Below, piece after piece: positions 29,734 through 38,867 of a stretch of DNA of 64,000 bases. The notes under the pieces are model-generated. The model was not told the DNA's origin, did no database searches, and was given only the letters and a program-made list of their open reading frames with translations. A program made the position numbers and the translations under genes. How positions within the stretch are numbered: the first letter of the stretch is position 1; every line of letters begins with the position of its first letter. Source of the DNA: Coleofasciculus sp. B1-GNL1-01 (GTDB taxonomy: Bacteria; Cyanobacteriota; Cyanobacteriia; Cyanobacteriales; Coleofasciculaceae); the NCBI GenBank assembly GCA_040220235.1, contig JAVJTO010000017.1; one strand, 5' to 3'.

Positions 29734-31326
29734 ATGAAACCTATCTTACCTATTTTTGCGATTATCGGATTACTCCAGAGTTGCACCGCCCCGGTGAACA
29801 TTTCCTCTCAAGCCATCAGGAATCCCGCTAATTGCCCTAGCCAAACTGAACCCGTACCGATCGCGTCGGCTAATGATCAGGGACTGTATCGGCAATTTGA
29901 CTATCACATTCGCGATATTATTACAGATGCTGATACGATTACCTTCCAGACGCAGCAGTATGATATTGTCTTTTGCCGATTTGATCGCACTTGGACAGTA
30001 GAACCGGGAACGTTAGCCGATGAAGTCCAGACAGCTAATAATCCTGAACAATACTCAGAAAATCTCCAGAACCCCCCCTATCAAACTATTAAACTTAACG
30101 GAAAACCTTATCAATATCGCGTCATTCTCGAACCGAATCCCTTTGGCAATGAAGCCCAAGGAATTGAACCCGAAACAGTTGTCTTTGAACTGATTACTCC
30201 CAATAGCGAACAACCCCAACGTCACTCCCTCTATACCTTAGACCAGGTAAGGCAGGCTGAAGTCGGATTTTCCTTGGGAGTTCCGCGAATTACCTCCGCC
30301 CTCAGTTATGCCGATCGCCTATTTTGGTCAGTCGCATCGGAACAAGGGGAAGGATTTAGTGGTATTGCCACGATGGTGGGTTACAATCCCGACATGAATA
30401 AGTTGGTGGTGATTCAACCTGAAGAAATTCAAGGGCAACAAATTACTGATTTTGTCATCGCCGGAGATCCTAGCAATCCAGTCTTTTGGCTGGGAACTCA
30501 AATCAGTGGTGAAGGGAATCCCTATTTATCTGGAATGGGATTAGTCGCCTATCGTCCTTCTCCCCCTAGTCTCAAATCCGGAACCATTACCTCCTACACC
30601 GTCCGCAATAGTCCAATTATTGGGGCAATTCCTGATCAACTACACTTAGAAGGCGATCGCCTCTGGGTGGGAACCGGAAACGGGGTTTGCCAGGTTCGTT
30701 GGCAAAGGGCAGATAATCGTGGAAATTGGTCGTGTTGGCGATTTGCAGCAAAGGCGAAACTGCCGAGTCAGGGATTGCCGATTTACCCCCGTTTGTTAGC
30801 AGAAACTCCAGCCGTTACTCTGGAGGCGGATCAGGTGGGAGACACGGTAGAGGTGTTATGGTGGTCTCCGTTGGACTACCAAACCCAAAAAGGGCGGTAT
30901 GAAGTTCGGTATGAGGATGGCTTTACCGTCACCTTAGACGAGGGGACGAGTTCTTGGTCTGAGAAATATGGGTCATCATGGCAACCTCGTCCCTGGCAAC
31001 CGCCTCTATACTGGGCGGGACACGAATGGCATTGGAATGGCGATCGCTTTGTGCGCGGTTTTGATCAAGTCGCCCTAAATTTCTTTGGTGGTGGACCTCT
31101 GGGAATTGTATCCGATCAGGATCAATGGACAGGGGAAAAGCCTGCCAATATGAACGCCTTGCGGGGTGATCTGGAAGTATTGGAATTAACAGAGACGACC
31201 ACTAAGCTGAATTACCATTCAGGTTGGGTGGAGGAAGAGTTCCTCAATCCTTATTTCACCGTAGTACCCCAAAATCGTCCCTTCAATCCTCGTCCCAATC
31301 CTTTGGATGAGATGGCACGTTTGTAG
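29734..31326 (+). CDS. Hypothetical lipoprotein
   Basis: Lipobox LLQSC after a hydrophobic signal; beta-rich body. Confidence 0.75.
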   Translation: MKPILPIFAIIGLLQSCTAPVNISSQAIRNPANCPSQTEPVPIASANDQGLYRQFDYHIRDIITDADTITFQTQQYDIVFCRFDRTWTVEPGTLADEVQTANNPEQYSENLQNPPYQTIKLNGKPYQYRVILEPNPFGNEAQGIEPETVVFELITPNSEQPQRHSLYTLDQVRQAEVGFSLGVPRITSALSYADRLFWSVASEQGEGFSGIATMVGYNPDMNKLVVIQPEEIQGQQITDFVIAGDPSNPVFWLGTQISGEGNPYLSGMGLVAYRPSPPSLKSGTITSYTVRNSPIIGAIPDQLHLEGDRLWVGTGNGVCQVRWQRADNRGNWSCWRFAAKAKLPSQGLPIYPRLLAETPAVTLEADQVGDTVEVLWWSPLDYQTQKGRYEVRYEDGFTVTLDEGTSSWSEKYGSSWQPRPWQPPLYWAGHEWHWNGDRFVRGFDQVALNFFGGGPLGIVSDQDQWTGEKPANMNALRGDLEVLELTETTTKLNYHSGWVEEEFLNPYFTVVPQNRPFNPRPNPLDEMARL

Positions 31327-31389
31327 AAACGTTACCCCACCGAGTAGGGGTTTGGTTTCCAAACCCCTTTGGTTCCCACACCCCTACAT

Positions 31390-32175
31390 CTAATCATCCC
31401 CAAAATTCGCAATAACTGGGAAATGATCAGAGGGAAAAATTCCTTGCCATTTCCTATTATCAACCGTCACAGTTTCTCGTCTCAGGCGACTATCGTAATA
31501 AATCGTATCAACAGCCGCAAACGCTTCACCTGTAAACCCATGAATACTCTGCTGTTTTTCCAATTCAACACCCGCCAAGGCATCATGGAGAGTCATAGAA
31601 TTCGCTGATGACTGAGATAAGATTTCCCGTGGCAAGCTATCGGGTTCAGCGTTAAAATCACCTGTAAGGAAGAGATAGGTTGTGTCAGGATTGCAGTGAA
31701 TCATGCGATCGCGGATCAGCCTTGCCCCCAGTTCCCGTGCTTTGGCACTGGTATAATCCAGATGGGTATTAAAACAGGTAATCGTTTTAGACACCTGCGC
31801 TACGCTAAAGACTGCCCAAGTTGCCATTCGCGGTGCAGGATTTCCCCACTCAGGACTGATACTCCCAGCACTATCAGGCGTATCGCTTAAGTAAAAATCG
31901 CCATTATCCAGGCATTTAAGACGGTCTTGGTTATAGAAAATCGCACAATGTTCTCCTGTCCCTGTCCCCGTGCGATCGCCCCCAATACTTTGATAATTAG
32001 GGAGACGGCGATGTAAGTCAAGTAGCTGGTGGGCTTTTCCTTCTTGGGTGCCAATAATATCCGGATGATACTCCTGAATCAGCGCCGCGATCGCATCACG
32101 CCGAATTCTCCAATCTTGGTTATCTGGATCAGGCTTATCGTAACGGATATTAAACGTTATGATTCTAATGTTCAT
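31390..32175 (-). CDS. Endonuclease/exonuclease/phosphatase (EEP) family protein (start MNIRII)
   Basis: TFNIR, GTQE, NTHLD, GDFN and SDHFPV motifs. Confidence 0.9.
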   Translation of the reverse strand: MNIRIITFNIRYDKPDPDNQDWRIRRDAIAALIQEYHPDIIGTQEGKAHQLLDLHRRLPNYQSIGGDRTGTGTGEHCAIFYNQDRLKCLDNGDFYLSDTPDSAGSISPEWGNPAPRMATWAVFSVAQVSKTITCFNTHLDYTSAKARELGARLIRDRMIHCNPDTTYLFLTGDFNAEPDSLPREILSQSSANSMTLHDALAGVELEKQQSIHGFTGEAFAAVDTIYYDSRLRRETVTVDNRKWQGIFPSDHFPVIANFGDD

Positions 32176-32340
32176 AGGTGATTCGTCTTTTGTCATTTGT
32201 CATACTCAAGGAAGCGAGAAGCAAGCGACATAATTTGTTCCCCGGTCTCTATTCCCTATTGCCTATTCCCTATTGCCTATTCCCTATTTCCTTTCCTCAT
32301 CCCTATGTTCATAACTCAAATCGAAACATTATATAACATT

Positions 32341-32381
32341 TAGTTAACTTATAGTTAAGGCAAGGTTAAGTATTTGTTAAT
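32341..32381 (-). promoter_or_regulatory. Putative Pho box (SphR site): four 8-mers at 11-bp period
   Basis: Minus strand ATTAACAA, CTTAACCT, CTTAACTA, GTTAACTA; TATAAT on the minus strand at 32328-32333 and on the plus strand at 32381-32386. Confidence 0.6.
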
Positions 32382-32420
32382 ATAATGGAAAGTAAGAGAT
32401 TATGAGACAGGAGGTAAGAT

Positions 32421-32696
32421 ATGGCACAGTCCACATCATCCGATTCCGCACAGGTCAGTAAACAAAACTTTCTTTACCCTAGATGCCGCTATTACGGCAA
32501 GTTTACCCCAGAGGATCTAGCCTTTAATGCCAACTTGCAAGAGTTTGCCCAGAAGGTGTCCTATATTTCTGCCCTAGAAACTGGCGGCAAGATTTCCTCT
32601 GAACGAGCCTATCAGCAAGTACAGTCACTCTGGAAGCAGTTGAAACATAGTAAGGAATCTTTGGGTATTGGTCAAGCTAAACCCCCCAAAACCTAA
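32421..32696 (+). CDS. Small conserved cyanobacterial protein (DUF7219-like)
   Basis: FLYP...YYGKFTPEDLAFNANLQEFAQKVSYISALETGGK motif; GGAGG RBS. Confidence 0.85.
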   Translation: MAQSTSSDSAQVSKQNFLYPRCRYYGKFTPEDLAFNANLQEFAQKVSYISALETGGKISSERAYQQVQSLWKQLKHSKESLGIGQAKPPKT

Positions 32697-32719
32697 TAGA
32701 TTTTGTATAAGACGGTCGT

Positions 32720-33112
32720 TTGAGAAAAACTGTGACACACGATGCTGCAATTTTAGTCATTGAAGATGAAGAAATTTTGCGGGACATTATCCTTAATGTC
32801 TTACAGGAAAAAGGGTATCAGGCAATTGGTACGGGGGATTCTGGCAGGGGCTTACTCTTAGCCAAAGAGTTAGTCCCTGATTTGATTTTGTGCGATATTC
32901 GGATGCCAAAGTTAGATGGCTATGAAGTTCTCAAAGCTTTACGTCAATATTCAAGGACTAGAACTATACCCTTTATCTTTATTTCAGCAGAAAAAAGCCA
33001 AACTGTTAGAAACCGAGGGCAGCAGTTTGGGGCAAATGGTTATCTCGCAAAACCTTTTACAACTGATGAACTTTTAAAGGTAATCGCTAATCATATTAAC
33101 TTTTATCAGTAA
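32720..33112 (+). CDS. Single-domain response regulator
   Basis: IEDE, LCDIRMP and KPF REC motifs. Confidence 0.9.
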   Translation: MRKTVTHDAAILVIEDEEILRDIILNVLQEKGYQAIGTGDSGRGLLLAKELVPDLILCDIRMPKLDGYEVLKALRQYSRTRTIPFIFISAEKSQTVRNRGQQFGANGYLAKPFTTDELLKVIANHINFYQ

Positions 33113-33190
33113 ACGATGTTTTTTTTATATCTATATTTATTGCCGATAACAGCAATTTATAAGTATGAATAAAGGTAGGTTATGTTGCTT

Positions 33191-33524
33191 ATTTATTGGC
33201 GAATAGGGGGAATTTTGTTGTTTATTTATTGGTGAAGAGGGTGGGTTCTGTTGTCCATTTATTGGTGAGGAGGGCGGGTTCTGTTGTCCATTTATTGGTG
33301 AGGAGGGCGGGTTTTGTTGTTCATTTATCGGTGGGGAGGGCGGGTTTTGTTGTTCATTTATCGGTGGGGAGGGCGGGTTTTGTTGTTCCGTTATTTCAAC
33401 AATAGCTGACCTTAGTCCCTAAACCCGCCCCTACAGTCCCTAAACCCGCCCCTACAGTCCCTAAACCCGCGACAGTCCCTAAACCTAAACCCGCCCCTAC
33501 GATTGTGGCTAAACCCGTCCCTAC
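33191..33524. repeat. Compound array: 6x 33-bp units containing GGGCGGGTT followed by ~5 complementary AAACCCGCCCCTAC units
   Basis: Units at 33191+33n; 21-bp units from 33414; arms match REP family 2 seen at 29002-29063 and 37682-37748. Confidence 0.9.
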
Positions 33525-33578
33525 AATGGATCAGGATCTACACTGCGTAGTAGTGCTGGAAAATGTCTACCAGAAACA

Positions 33579-35420
33579 ATGAACCGACGCAAGAAACGCT
33601 ACTCGCTGAGATTTCTAATCCGAAATATTCGTCAATCGCTTTCAGTATTCCGTTATAGTGGACGCGCCTTGAAGTTAGTGTGGACAACCAGTCACAGACT
33701 AACCCTGGTGCTAGCGATTTTAACTGTTATTGCGGGATTATTACCTGCTGCGATCGCATATTTGGGCAAATTGATTGTCGATACCGTGGTATTGGCGTCT
33801 CAGTCAGGGGTAGCCGCCCATCGGTGGCTGGCGTTAGGCTATGTCGGATTAGAAGCGATCGCAGTAATGCTACTAGCAGGAAGTCAGCGCGGTCAAACGG
33901 TTTGCCAGTCGCTATTGCGGGTATTATTAGCCCAACGGGTCAATGTGTTAATTCTAGAAAAAGCCTTAACCTTAGACTTACCCCACTTCGAGGACTCCGA
34001 ATTTTACGACAAAATGACTCAGGCGCGGCGAGAAGCTTCTAGTCGTCCTCTGGCGCTAGTGACGCGAACCTTTGGACTGGTTCGGGATAGTTTGTCGCTA
34101 CTCACCTTTGGCGGACTACTGCTGCAATTCTCAACCTGGGCGGTGGCAATATTAATTATTGCTGCAATTCCGCCCTTTATCGCCGAAACTCGCTTTGCTG
34201 GCGTCGCCTTTCGCTTATTCCGGTGGCGTTCCCCAGAAACCCGCCAGCAGCATTACTTAGAAACCTTAATTGCCAGAGAAGATTACGCCAAGGAAATTCA
34301 GCTATACCAGCTTGGCGCAACCATGCTACAACGCTACCGCAATACTTTCAGACGCCTTTACCGAGAAGATAGAGATTTGACCATTCGGCGGGGATTTTGG
34401 GGTTATTTGTTAGGCTTGCTGAGTACGCTGACATTTTATGGGGCGTATGCGTGGATTGTCATCGAAACCATCTTTGGTCGAATTTCCTTGGGCGACATGA
34501 CCATGTATTTGACCGTATTTCGCCAAGGACAATCTACCTTTTCCGCCATACTCACCTCAATTGGCGGGATGTATGAAGATAACCTCTATATTTCCAACCT
34601 CTACGAATTTCTGGAACAAGAGGTTCCCCAATCTCAGGGGACAGCCACTCAGGGGATAAAACCGGGAGATGGGATTCGGTTTGAGACTGTATTTTTTACC
34701 TATCCCGGAAGTCAAACCCCGGCACTAAAAGGGGTTGACCTGCACCTGAAACCAGGAGAAAAGTTAGCCATTGTCGGCGAAAATGGGTCAGGAAAGACAA
34801 CATTAATTAAACTCTTAACTCGTCTCTATACACCCGATTCCGGGCGCATTCTCTTAGATGGGTTAGATTTACAGGACTGGAAACTTGATACCCTACGCCG
34901 CCGGATTGGGGTAATATTCCAGAACTTTGTCCGCTATCAATTTACCGTAGGCGAGAATGTTGGCGTCGGGGATGTAGACTATTTGCAAGACGAAAATCGC
35001 TGGGAAAATGCCGCAGAGAAAGGCATGGCGAAACCCTTTATTGAATTAATGCCAGACGGATTTAGCACCCAGTTAGGACGATGGTTTAAAGGGGGACAGG
35101 AACTCTCTGGGGGTCAATGGCAGAAAATCGCCCTATCTCGCGCTTTTATGCGAACTGGTGCAGATATTTTAGTCTTAGATGAACCCACAGCCGCCATGGA
35201 TGCAGAGGCGGAGGTGCGAGTCTTTGACCATTTCCGCACGATTACCCAGAATCAAATGGTGGTGTTGATTTCTCATCGCTTCTCCACAGTACGCATGGCA
35301 GATAAGATTGTGGTGATGGCGGGGGGAGAAATCATTGAACAGGGAACTCATGAGGAATTGGTGCAGCTTGGCGGACGTTATGCGCGGTTATTTGCGCTAC
35401 AGGCGGCGGGATATCAATAA
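33579..35420 (+). CDS. ABC exporter, fused permease/ATPase (MsbA/MdlB-like)
   Basis: TM domain; GENGSGKT, LSGGQWQK, LDEPT and SHR motifs. Confidence 0.93.
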   Translation: MNRRKKRYSLRFLIRNIRQSLSVFRYSGRALKLVWTTSHRLTLVLAILTVIAGLLPAAIAYLGKLIVDTVVLASQSGVAAHRWLALGYVGLEAIAVMLLAGSQRGQTVCQSLLRVLLAQRVNVLILEKALTLDLPHFEDSEFYDKMTQARREASSRPLALVTRTFGLVRDSLSLLTFGGLLLQFSTWAVAILIIAAIPPFIAETRFAGVAFRLFRWRSPETRQQHYLETLIAREDYAKEIQLYQLGATMLQRYRNTFRRLYREDRDLTIRRGFWGYLLGLLSTLTFYGAYAWIVIETIFGRISLGDMTMYLTVFRQGQSTFSAILTSIGGMYEDNLYISNLYEFLEQEVPQSQGTATQGIKPGDGIRFETVFFTYPGSQTPALKGVDLHLKPGEKLAIVGENGSGKTTLIKLLTRLYTPDSGRILLDGLDLQDWKLDTLRRRIGVIFQNFVRYQFTVGENVGVGDVDYLQDENRWENAAEKGMAKPFIELMPDGFSTQLGRWFKGGQELSGGQWQKIALSRAFMRTGADILVLDEPTAAMDAEAEVRVFDHFRTITQNQMVVLISHRFSTVRMADKIVVMAGGEIIEQGTHEELVQLGGRYARLFALQAAGYQ

Positions 35421-35627
35421 TTTGTCATTCGTTATTTGTTCTTTGTTGCTTTGTTGCAACGTACATTTCGCACTTTTGCTGAATTTTTACAACAGACGCA
35501 TCAGTGAGATATAGCAGCACCATTGTCGAGACGTGCTATGGCGCGTCTCTACATAAATGTTGTGTCCTAACCGCTATGGCGGTTGCTATACTTCATCAAC
35601 CATCAATATGCTGTAAGCGATGGGGAC

Positions 35628-36044
35628 TCACGACTTTTTCATGTCACGAGCCATTTTGCGGAACATATCCATGCTGGAATCGCTAGAATCAGCGCGGCGG
35701 CGCTCAAAACTGTTTGGCTGTGACTCACTCACTGGCGGGTTTTGAGGAGTTGGTAGCGGTTCAGGAGTGGCGCTGATTTGCTTGTTGGAACGGATAACTT
35801 GCCCAAAAGCCGAGGTTTCGACCTCCTGCTGTAAGCCCTCCCCTAGGTTGTCTTTTTTCTTCGCAAACCGCTTCTTCACAGATTTGGGCGATCGCATATA
35901 GTTAATATCACCGAAGGTCTTGGCGTCGTCTGGCTCCAAGAAGTAGGCTCGCCGCTTTTGGGCTTCTGCTGCTTGTTCGGCTTCGTCTGTCTCCTCATCG
36001 ACGTACTTGCTCTTTAACCCAAATAAATCACTCAGAAATCCCAT
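35628..36044 (-). CDS. Conserved cyanobacterial hypothetical protein
   Basis: YFLEPDDAKTFGDINYMR and MDMFRKMARDMK motifs. Confidence 0.8.
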   Translation of the reverse strand: MGFLSDLFGLKSKYVDEETDEAEQAAEAQKRRAYFLEPDDAKTFGDINYMRSPKSVKKRFAKKKDNLGEGLQQEVETSAFGQVIRSNKQISATPEPLPTPQNPPVSESQPNSFERRRADSSDSSMDMFRKMARDMKKS

Positions 36045-36261
36045 CGCGAACTAATCCTGCCCTTAATTGATTATCTTTGTTACTTTATGTTAACAATGAT
36101 GAATAATTATGTAAATGTTGTTCTAAAACTAGCTGAGTGAGGTAGGAAACTGTGTAGTTCTTCTGCACTACATTGGTCAGCGATAGCCTGTCAACCTGTA
36201 GAGACGTTGCCTGCAACGTCTCTACAGGATCTATGTTATGTAGGTTTAAGCCGCAGAAAAG

Positions 36262-36789
36262 TTAGCTCGATGGCACTAGCCGCTTGCGGAGGGATTCAGC
36301 TCGCCGCTTCGCCGTATCATTCTTCGGTTCATGCTTGAGCGCTGTTTCATACGCCTCCAACGCTTGAGCAGTTAACTGCTTGCGCTCGTAAACGTGACCT
36401 AAGTTATTGAAAGCTGTCACATAATCTGGCTCTAGTTTTAAGGCTTCCTTATACTGGCGAATGGCAATATCGTACTGATCCTGGGCAAAGTAGGCAAAAC
36501 CGAGAGCATTATGAACCGGAGCTAGGTTAGTTTCATCAGCATCTGGAGCTTTCAGCGCTTTTTGGAACAGAATAACGGCTTGAGCAAAGAGTTTTTTGTC
36601 CAGATAGATACTACCCAACTCGTAGTAGTCTTGGACTGACCCTCGCTCTTTTTGCAGCTTTTGCTCCAGCTTGGAGAGGGTGCTTTCGATTTTACGGGTT
36701 TTGAATACTTGGCGAATTACTGCCAAAGCTGCAACGCCAAGCAGGACTAACAATATGATTAGATAAATTTGTGGCAGGGTTTCATCCAT
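36262..36789 (-). CDS. ycf37: TPR membrane protein Ycf37 (photosystem I assembly; start MDETL)
   Basis: N-terminal TM plus 3 TPRs; located downstream of rpmI-rplT. Confidence 0.75.
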   Translation of the reverse strand: MDETLPQIYLIILLVLLGVAALAVIRQVFKTRKIESTLSKLEQKLQKERGSVQDYYELGSIYLDKKLFAQAVILFQKALKAPDADETNLAPVHNALGFAYFAQDQYDIAIRQYKEALKLEPDYVTAFNNLGHVYERKQLTAQALEAYETALKHEPKNDTAKRRAESLRKRLVPSS

Positions 36790-36829
36790 AATCCTGTGCA
36801 ACTTATACGGGACGGGTTTCAATCTTTTA

Positions 36830-37612
36830 TCATGGTAAACCCCAAGCGGCAGCACGTTCAGCTAACCACCCTTCGGCGTGCCAACGTTCGATCGCCTGAT
36901 TGACTTGTTGTCGTAGTTCAGTATACTGCAATCCTTTAGGCATTACCACTGCCAAAGCTGCACCAGATAAGCGATAGGGGAGCAATCGATATTCTGGGTA
37001 TTGCTGCACCCATCCAGTCAGAACCGTCTGATCAGCAGCAAAGGCGTTGGCTTCTCCCGCCTCTAGCAAAGATAGCGCTTCTTGGTAGGAATCAACCCCA
37101 ACCAATTGGGCATCGGGTAAAGCATACTTGATTACTGGGATTGTACTCGAACCCTTGAGAACCGCGATGGTTTGGTTATCTAAATCACTCAATAGATTAA
37201 TTGAGGCATCGTTCGTGATAATCCCTGCACCATCCAAATAATAGGGGATACTGAAATCAACCAAGCGGGCGCGGGAGTCGGTTATCGTTACTCTAGCGAT
37301 CGCAATATCAACCCGATCCTCAACTACCACACTCAAGCGATCGCGATTCGTCACTGGCTGCAAAACCACAGCCTCTGGACTTCCCAGCAATTCGGTAGCC
37401 AATCGTCGGGCAATATCAATTTCTAGTCCTTGTAGCCTTCCCGTCGCATCACGAAAGCCCAAGGGACGCACATTATCTTTTACCGCAACGATTAATTGAC
37501 CCCGTTGCTCAATTTCTGCTAATTCAGCCGGATAAGCGGATGGGGGTTGAAAAACAGCCACCCCCATCAATCCAAGTGCCACACTGACATTAAACAATCT
37601 TTGGGCGATCAT
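36830..37612 (-). CDS. Polar amino-acid ABC transporter substrate-binding protein (family 3)
   Basis: Signal peptide; GLEIDIAR, VDIAIARVTIT..R..VDFS motifs. Confidence 0.88.
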   Translation of the reverse strand: MIAQRLFNVSVALGLMGVAVFQPPSAYPAELAEIEQRGQLIVAVKDNVRPLGFRDATGRLQGLEIDIARRLATELLGSPEAVVLQPVTNRDRLSVVVEDRVDIAIARVTITDSRARLVDFSIPYYLDGAGIITNDASINLLSDLDNQTIAVLKGSSTIPVIKYALPDAQLVGVDSYQEALSLLEAGEANAFAADQTVLTGWVQQYPEYRLLPYRLSGAALAVVMPKGLQYTELRQQVNQAIERWHAEGWLAERAAAWGLP

Positions 37613-37828
37613 CTATCTGGGATTAGGGATTGGTGATGGGTGATTGGGGAAACCTTCGCAACACTCGAGATAACCTGGTTTGTAGGGGCGGGTTTAGGAA
37701 CTTTCGTTTCACTATTATTGATGATAACGTTGGTTCAAAACCCGCCCTCATCTCCCCCTGCTCCCAGACGTGCCATGGCACGTCCCTACATTGCCCCCCC
37801 TGCGATCTCAATCAGACACACTCTGAAC

Positions 37829-38185
37829 TTACTTTGCGCCTTGGCTAGCAAGTTCTACAACCTTTTGAAAGCTGGCGGGATCTAACACAGCTAATTGTGC
37901 CAACATCTTGCGATTGATCTGAATATTCGCCTTTTTCATCTGACCCATAAGCTGACTGTAGCTTATGCCATTCTGACGAGCGGCGGCATTAATCCGAGTA
38001 ATCCAGAGGCGGCGAAAATCCCGCTTACGCTTGCGGCGATCGCGATAAGCGTTCCGCAGTGCTTTCATCACCTGTTGATTTGCTGTACGGAAGAGTTTGG
38101 AGTGAGAACCCCGATATCCTTTCGCCAGCTTGAGAACTTTCTTGCGTCGTTTACGGGCGACGTTACCGCGTTTTACTCTTGCCAT
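37829..38185 (-). CDS. rplT: 50S ribosomal protein L20
   Basis: [11 protein letters not shown]...[16 protein letters not shown]. Confidence 0.99.
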   Translation of the reverse strand: MARVKRGNVARKRRKKVLKLAKGYRGSHSKLFRTANQQVMKALRNAYRDRRKRKRDFRRLWITRINAAARQNGISYSQLMGQMKKANIQINRKMLAQLAVLDPASFQKVVELASQGAK

Positions 38186-38230
38186 TGTTCCTAATTGATA
38201 TGAGCTAGATGGTGATTTGTCTAAAGCAGT

Positions 38231-38428
38231 CTAAAAATAGGGAAGCATCAGACGCACATTCTCGGCATCCCGTTCATTGACCAAGTTCAGTTTCGACAGA
38301 CGCCGCTTCCGTCCTGAGTTTTTGCGCTCCAGTAAGTGGCTCTTAAACGCCTTGCGTCGTCTAATTTTACCGCTTCCTGTGGGTCGAAAACGTTTGGCGG
38401 CTGCTTTACGGCTTTTCAGTTTCGGCAT
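38231..38428 (-). CDS. rpmI: 50S ribosomal protein L35 (start MPKLK)
   Basis: [14 protein letters not shown]...KSHLL; upstream of rplT. Confidence 0.98.
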   Translation of the reverse strand: MPKLKSRKAAAKRFRPTGSGKIRRRKAFKSHLLERKNSGRKRRLSKLNLVNERDAENVRLMLPYF

Positions 38429-38555
38429 AAACAACTTTGAATAAGGACACAATCTACAATTGTACTACTGTTTTGGTCTGTATTGTAAAGATTTAATCTA
38501 CACCGGGCTATGTCAGGGTGAAAGGCAATACGGTTGGGTTAAGGGAAGCAGGACT

Positions 38556-38812
38556 GTAGGGGCGACCCGCCGTACTCAATTGGCATCACCCAACCCTTAA
38601 TTGTATCGGGTCGCCCTGGACAAAAACCGCGATATTTTAATCATAAATGGCAACAATCTCGACAATTCCAGGTCAACACCGCCCGGTGTTTTTAATTGTC
38701 GGATAAGACCGTAGGGTATCAATAATTATCTGACACCGCATACATTAGATGAGGGCGAGTCGAGATACCTTAATTCTCACGCCGCCTACGATATGCAGCG
38801 ACTCGCCCCTAC
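38556..38812. repeat. Two long-loop GTAG REP-like hairpins in opposite orientation
   Basis: GTAGGGGCGACCCG...CGGGTCGCCC (38556-38616) and GGGCGAGTCG...CGACTCGCCCCTAC (38753-38812). Confidence 0.65.
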
Positions 38813-38867
38813 AACCATTGATTATAGTTTCTATCCAAAATAATAAAAACCTTTAAAAGGATCACAC

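Noticed and set aside
33196..33405. 69-aa repetitive ORF and CRISPR-like periodicity
   Set aside because: Translation of a 33-bp tandem repeat; no unique spacers
36076..36115. HLR1 (RpaB)-like half sites upstream of the 35628-36044 gene
   Set aside because: Only one perfect half site; the correctly spaced pair has mismatches in AT-rich DNA
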